Below are positions 59,034 through 64,000 of a stretch of 64,000 nucleotides of DNA, one piece after another. The first letter of the stretch is position 1; every line of letters starts with the position of its first letter. The DNA is from Chrysomallon squamiferum (taxonomy: Eukaryota > Animalia > Mollusca). The notes beneath the pieces were generated by a model, which was not told where the DNA came from, ran no database searches, and was given only the letters and a program-made list of their open reading frames with translations. A program made the position numbers and the translations under genes. The stretch is taken from the NCBI GenBank assembly GCA_012295275.1, contig CM022673.1, positions 13,144,001 to 13,208,000 on the forward strand. Reading direction: 5' to 3'.

Positions 59034-59868
59034 TGACACAGTGTGCTGTCTACTTAAACTATAGAGACACAGTGTGTTATCTACTGTCTACCTGAATAAT
59101 AGAGACACAGTGCGCTGTCTGTTTAAACTATAGAGACACACTGTGTTATCTATTTAAACTATACACAGTGTTATCTATTTAAACTATAGAGACAGTGTGT
59201 TATCTATTTAAACTATAGAGACACAGTGTTATCTATTTAAACAAGAGACACTGTGTGTTATCTATTTAAATTATAGAGACTCAGTGTTATCTATTTAAAC
59301 AATAGAGACACTGTGTGTTATCTATTTAAATTATAAAGACTCAGTGTTATCTATTTAAACTATACACACAGTGTGGTCTACTTGAACTATAAAGACACAG
59401 TGTTATCCATTTAAACTATAGAGACACAGTGTGTTATCCATTTAAACTATAGAGACACAGTGTTATCCATTTAAACTATAGAGACACAGTGTTATCCATT
59501 TAAACTATAGAGTCACAGTGTTATCTGTTTAAACTATAGAGACACAGTGTGTTATCCATTTAAACTATAGAGTCACAGTGTTATCTGTTTAAACTATAGA
59601 GTCACAGTGTTATCTATTTAAACTATAGACACAGTGTTATCTATTTAAACTATAGACACAGTCTGTTATCTATTTAAACTATAGAGACAGTCTGTTATCT
59701 ATTTAAACTATAGAGAATCAGCATGTTGTCTGTTTAAACTACACAGAGACTCAGTGTATTTAAACTATAGAGACTTGCGTTGTCTATTTAAACTATAGGA
59801 AGATTCAGTGTGGTGTCTATTTAAACTATACAGAGACTCAGTGTCTTGTCTATTTAAAGTATAGAGAG
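59034..59868. repeat. 27-31 bp minisatellite, about 28 copies
   Basis: Unit tgttatc(c/t)atttaaactatagagacacag (29 bp), most homogeneous in the centre. Confidence 0.95.
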
Positions 59869-61539
59869 AGACATATGTTTTTTTAAACCTTACTGAAAAA
59901 AGATTTATCTTTTGAGGGAGAGAATTTTTTGGAGATTGTTTTTTTTTTTTTTCAGGGAGACAATTTTGATTTCTTCACTTAAGCATTTCATTTATTTATT
60001 AGTTTAATAATAACAAAAAAATTAAAATGAAGTCAAAGACCAAAAATAACAACCCCAAAAATGATGTTGGGTTGACAAAACCTCAGACAATCTGTCTGTT
60101 AATTAAGTGACAATTAAACAAGTGAACAAGAAAGTCGTTCCACGGACTTTGACACACACAGAGCCTCGGCTGGATTGGGAAAAAGCTGCAGAAGCACACT
60201 GGGGAAGGATTTGATCCCTCAACGTTGAGTACCTCAGCAGAACACTGTCACTGAGACACATGACAGATGATCCATCTTAACAAGAACCCAATAACACAAA
60301 TCCAAATATCTACTTCCTGCCTCCGATCAATCTACGACATTTTGTCCCCTGTTGTTGAGAACCAGACAGAGTGAGCAAGCAAGGACACTGATTTATAGCC
60401 TGACAACACCCTGACATCCGCACACACACAGACAGACAGATGATCTGACAACAGTGAAACTTCCGTCTTGCTCCCGTTCAGAAACACAGCGGAACTGACA
60501 GTATACGTAGCACCCTTGTATTTCTGAGTGTGGGGTTTTTTTTTGTTTGTTTTTTTTATTTTTTTTATTTTTTTCTCTTTCAGTGTGATTTATTGCCATC
60601 ATAGTGGAAACATTCTGGTGTGAAATCATTAACATTTATCCCTTAATTCCTCCAGGATTCACTAATGAGATACAGAGTAGCGAATTTCAGAGATCTAATG
60701 AAAAAAAATATATAAAAAAAAAAAAAATTTCTCCAGCATTTATTTAAATTTAATGGGTGATAATTTGACAGTTTGTGTTTCATTTCTTGATCCAGCTTTT
60801 TGCTGTTTGTTAATTTAGTTCTGACAGGGAGGGATTATTGTTAATCTGTCAGTTTATTATTATTAATCCCTCTGCAGGTGTGAACTGAGAAATTGACACC
60901 TGTAATTTTTATGTTGTTAATCAAAATCACACAGGTAAGTGGTGAATGAAATAGAATGTCTGTTTACATGTTTGTCTTTCTCTTTGTTTGTTTGTTTATT
61001 TATTTGTTTATATTTATTGCATATATTCTTTATTTGTTTGTTTATGTTTATTTATTTGTTTGTTTATTTATTTGCTTTTTATTTATCTTTTTGTTACATT
61101 TATTCTTCATTGTTTCTTTGTTTATATTTATCACTTATTTATTATCATATATTTATTTTTATTTATTATTGATATTTAAATAATTAATTAATTTATTTAT
61201 TTATGATTATTATAATTTTCTTCATCATTGTTACTTTAAACATTTATTATTATTGTTATTACTACTGTATTATTATTATTATTTATTATTATTATTATTA
61301 TTAATTATTATTATTATTACAATATTATTATTATTATTTCATGATTTATTGATTTATTTTGGCAGATGTTGAACACACATTAAGAAGTTGTAAAAATGGC
61401 TACAGCTCATTAAATCGTAACCTGCTATTTCACTAGCACTTACACACGAACATGTACACATGTGAGAGGGTGAACTTTTGTAGCTTTCTGTAAATTAAAT
61501 TAAATTTTTCAGGTTCGCTGGACTAATCAGAAACCAGCT

Positions 61540-61551
61540 GCCGCCATTTTG
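61540..61551 (+). promoter_or_regulatory. YY1/Pleiohomeotic consensus site
   Basis: GCCGCCATTTTG matches the long YY1 motif. Confidence 0.35.
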
Positions 61552-61688
61552 CTTACTGTGATCAATGTCGACAGCACTGAGAAAACCACTGTATGAAAAA
61601 TTAAATATCACTGTACGTTTTGTGTAGAAACACTTGTACATACCAGCTGTAGAAAAACATCATCTACTCAGTATAGAAACACACTTAC

Positions 61689-61733
61689 TTAATGGGTGAA
61701 GGAAGGAATCATTGAAGTGAAAAGGGTACTTAC
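61689..61733 (-). other. Candidate 45-nt RS/cryptic exon (or microexon) following ratchet point A
   Basis: Bounded by the CAG acceptor (61736-61734) and a second donor ttaa|GTAAGTgt (61688-61681). Two frames contain TAA; one is open (xKYPFHFNDSFLHPL). Confidence 0.5.
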
Positions 61734-61770
61734 CTGAAATAAAAGAAAAAAGTAAAATTATAAAAATGGA
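61725..61770 (-). other. Candidate recursive splice site (ratchet point) A, junction 61734|61733
   Basis: Minus strand reads ...ttttataattttacttttttcttttatttCAG|GTAAGTAccc: a strong 3' splice site abutting a consensus 5' splice site. Confidence 0.7.
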
Positions 61771-61807
61771 AATTTGATTATACAGAATGAAATTATAAAA
61801 AAATAAA

Positions 61808-61940
61808 TTTTGAAATATAAAAAATTTTTGAAAATGTGAAAAAATCATAGTTTGAAAAATCTGATATTGAAAATATAAAAAGCTGTTTTGAAAATGTGAA
61901 AAATATTGAAAATATACAAAAGCTGTTTTGAAAATGTAAA
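61808..61940. repeat. Degenerate repeat with a ~40-bp duplication
   Basis: aaaagctgttttgaaaatgt occurs twice; ttgaaaat recurs. Confidence 0.7.
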
Positions 61941-63019
61941 ATTATATGAATATAATATACAGTCTTGAATGCATAAAATACAATTTTTAAAAGGATAAAA
62001 TTTGTTTATTTTACTAGGTAATAACACTGCAGGTGTTACAAATGTAATTGTCAGTAAGCTGGTGTCTTCTTTTCATGTTTAATTTAAAATTGATTTTACC
62101 AGGTACACAGGTGTAAACCTGATTAAGAAAAGAAAGAAACAAGGTGTGACAGGTAAGATGAGTCATCCTGCTGTACAAAAATGTTTAGATTGGGAAATAA
62201 TGTGGAAAAGAAGGAAATAAAGCTACAATGAAAAGAATGAATGGTGGATGGATGTGTGGATGGAAGGACTGAAATATGGATAAATGGAGGGAATGAGGAA
62301 TGAATGGATGAATGTATGATGGATTATGATATTATGGATACAAAGATAGATGGATCCATGAAAAGGAAATATAGGTGAAAAAATTTTAAAATTAACAATA
62401 TATTTTTTTTTAAGATAACAAAATTTTAAAAATATTTTCCATGTCGTAACCATATAAACACAAACAGTAATTTACATTACACAAAACCATTTTTAATCCT
62501 TCTGTTTAACTGGCCACATGACAATGAATACAAAGCTCAAAAAAAAAAAAAAAAAAAACCATTATCCCCCAAAACCACTCAGACAAAACGTGGATATTAA
62601 AATGATTTTCTCTGACAAGCACAGAGACCTCAGTGTCACATAACCCATCATGGAATCATGCTCCTGACTCTAGAACGTAGATCAGAGAACAGAAGGTACG
62701 TGGAAACTCTGATTAGCTCAACATCAGCACAAAGACATCATCCACAGAAGATATTCATAGGTGTGTGATTGACTCCTTCAAGCACAAAAGAGAGAATCGG
62801 AGAACTGCGAGGAGAAAAGATTAGTTGTTTTGTCACAAACGGCGAAAGCCATTTTGAACTGAGGTGGGCAAGATGATATTTGCTACAAAACTTGTCACAG
62901 TTTGTTGTGTTTGTTGTAATGTGGCATGATTGTGTTTTTCATCTGTGTAGGTGTTGTGAGTGTAAATGTAGGAGAGATACACATACATACATGCATACAT
63001 ACATACGTGTATATATGTG

Positions 63020-63060
<41 letters not shown>

Positions 63061-64000
63061 CAAATTTTATATTCTGGAGGACTTTTATTATTATATTACA
63101 AATGAATAAAAATCTAAATCTAAAAAAATAATAACAACTAGAATAATAAATATATTTATATATAAGTAAGTAAGTAAATAAATATAATAATAATAATAAT
63201 AATCATAATAAAAACAACAACTAGAATAATATATATCTATATATATAAATAAGTAAGTAAATAAATAAATACATAAATAATAATAATAGTAATGATAATA
63301 ATGATAATAATAACAATAATAACATCTGGTTTTTGGGGTGGGGTTTTTAAATCTTTCAATTATATTTTCTTTTTCAATCTTGTATTTTTTTTTATGTTTT
63401 ATTTCTTTCTTTCCATTTTTTTTTAATGTTTTATTTTCTGTTTAAACTTGTTGTTGTCACTTTTATTTTATTCTCTTATCAGTGAATCTGTGTACATGAG
63501 ACCCCTGCTGACAGAACAGTTTGAAGTCCATTGTAGAGCTCATCAAAGTTCTGATGTACATGCGAGATAAAGAAATTTAATAAGACTTACAAAAAAACAC
63601 TGACAACCTATGTCGACCAGTAAACCATAACAAAAATGGCAGACATCACGGGTAAGTTAGTGTCACCACCATTGTCAAAACAGCCGGCAATCGCTGCAGC
63701 GTGTATGATGCCAGTTTAGCTGCGACAGTGAGGACGGCAGCGTCAGCATTGTTGCAGCAAGCGGTGCTCACTGCAGCGTGTGTGACGGTAATTTTGTCAC
63801 AACGGGGGGAATAGGAACATCGTTGGATGTGAAGGGAGTGAAAGTGTATGGTTCATTAATTTGTATTTCAGCTGACTTGGTTTGATTAGGGGGTGGGAGT
63901 TCCGGCTGGGTGAGTGGACGACAGAAGTGGGACATGATAGTTTGTGTGTTTGTGTTTATCTCTGATATCTTGTTTGTTATTTCAGTCAGCCTTTGTGTGC

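Noticed and set aside
59034-59868. CRISPR-like appearance of 26-31 bp repeats (also 6351-6549)
   Set aside because: Head-to-tail units with no unique spacers, no cas genes, and a eukaryotic context.

Overview
AT-rich, microsatellite-laden eukaryotic DNA with no recognisable protein-coding exon; the supplied ORFs are translated simple repeats or unrecognised short frames. Two degraded SINE-like fragments resemble, from memory, a gastropod/mollusc SINE, so a mollusc is a tentative guess. The window alternates low-complexity AT/microsatellite spacers with 300-600 bp complex, CpG-retaining islands full of recurring motifs (TGACA, CACCTG/CAGGTA, RFX X-box-like palindromes, YY1-like, GATTGGGAAA, AAGGGAGATAA). 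The strongest signal is two minus-strand sites about 30.8 kb apart (junctions 61734|61733 and 30974|30973) where a long polypyrimidine tract plus CAG is fused directly to a consensus donor (Yn-TTTCAG|GTAAGTACC). This is the signature of recursive-splicing ratchet points. The 61.7 kb site is also followed 45 nt later by a second GTAAGT donor, as expected for an RS/cryptic exon. The inference is that the window lies inside a giant minus-strand intron removed stepwise. Several minisatellites are present, including a 22-bp array with an 88-bp higher-order repeat.
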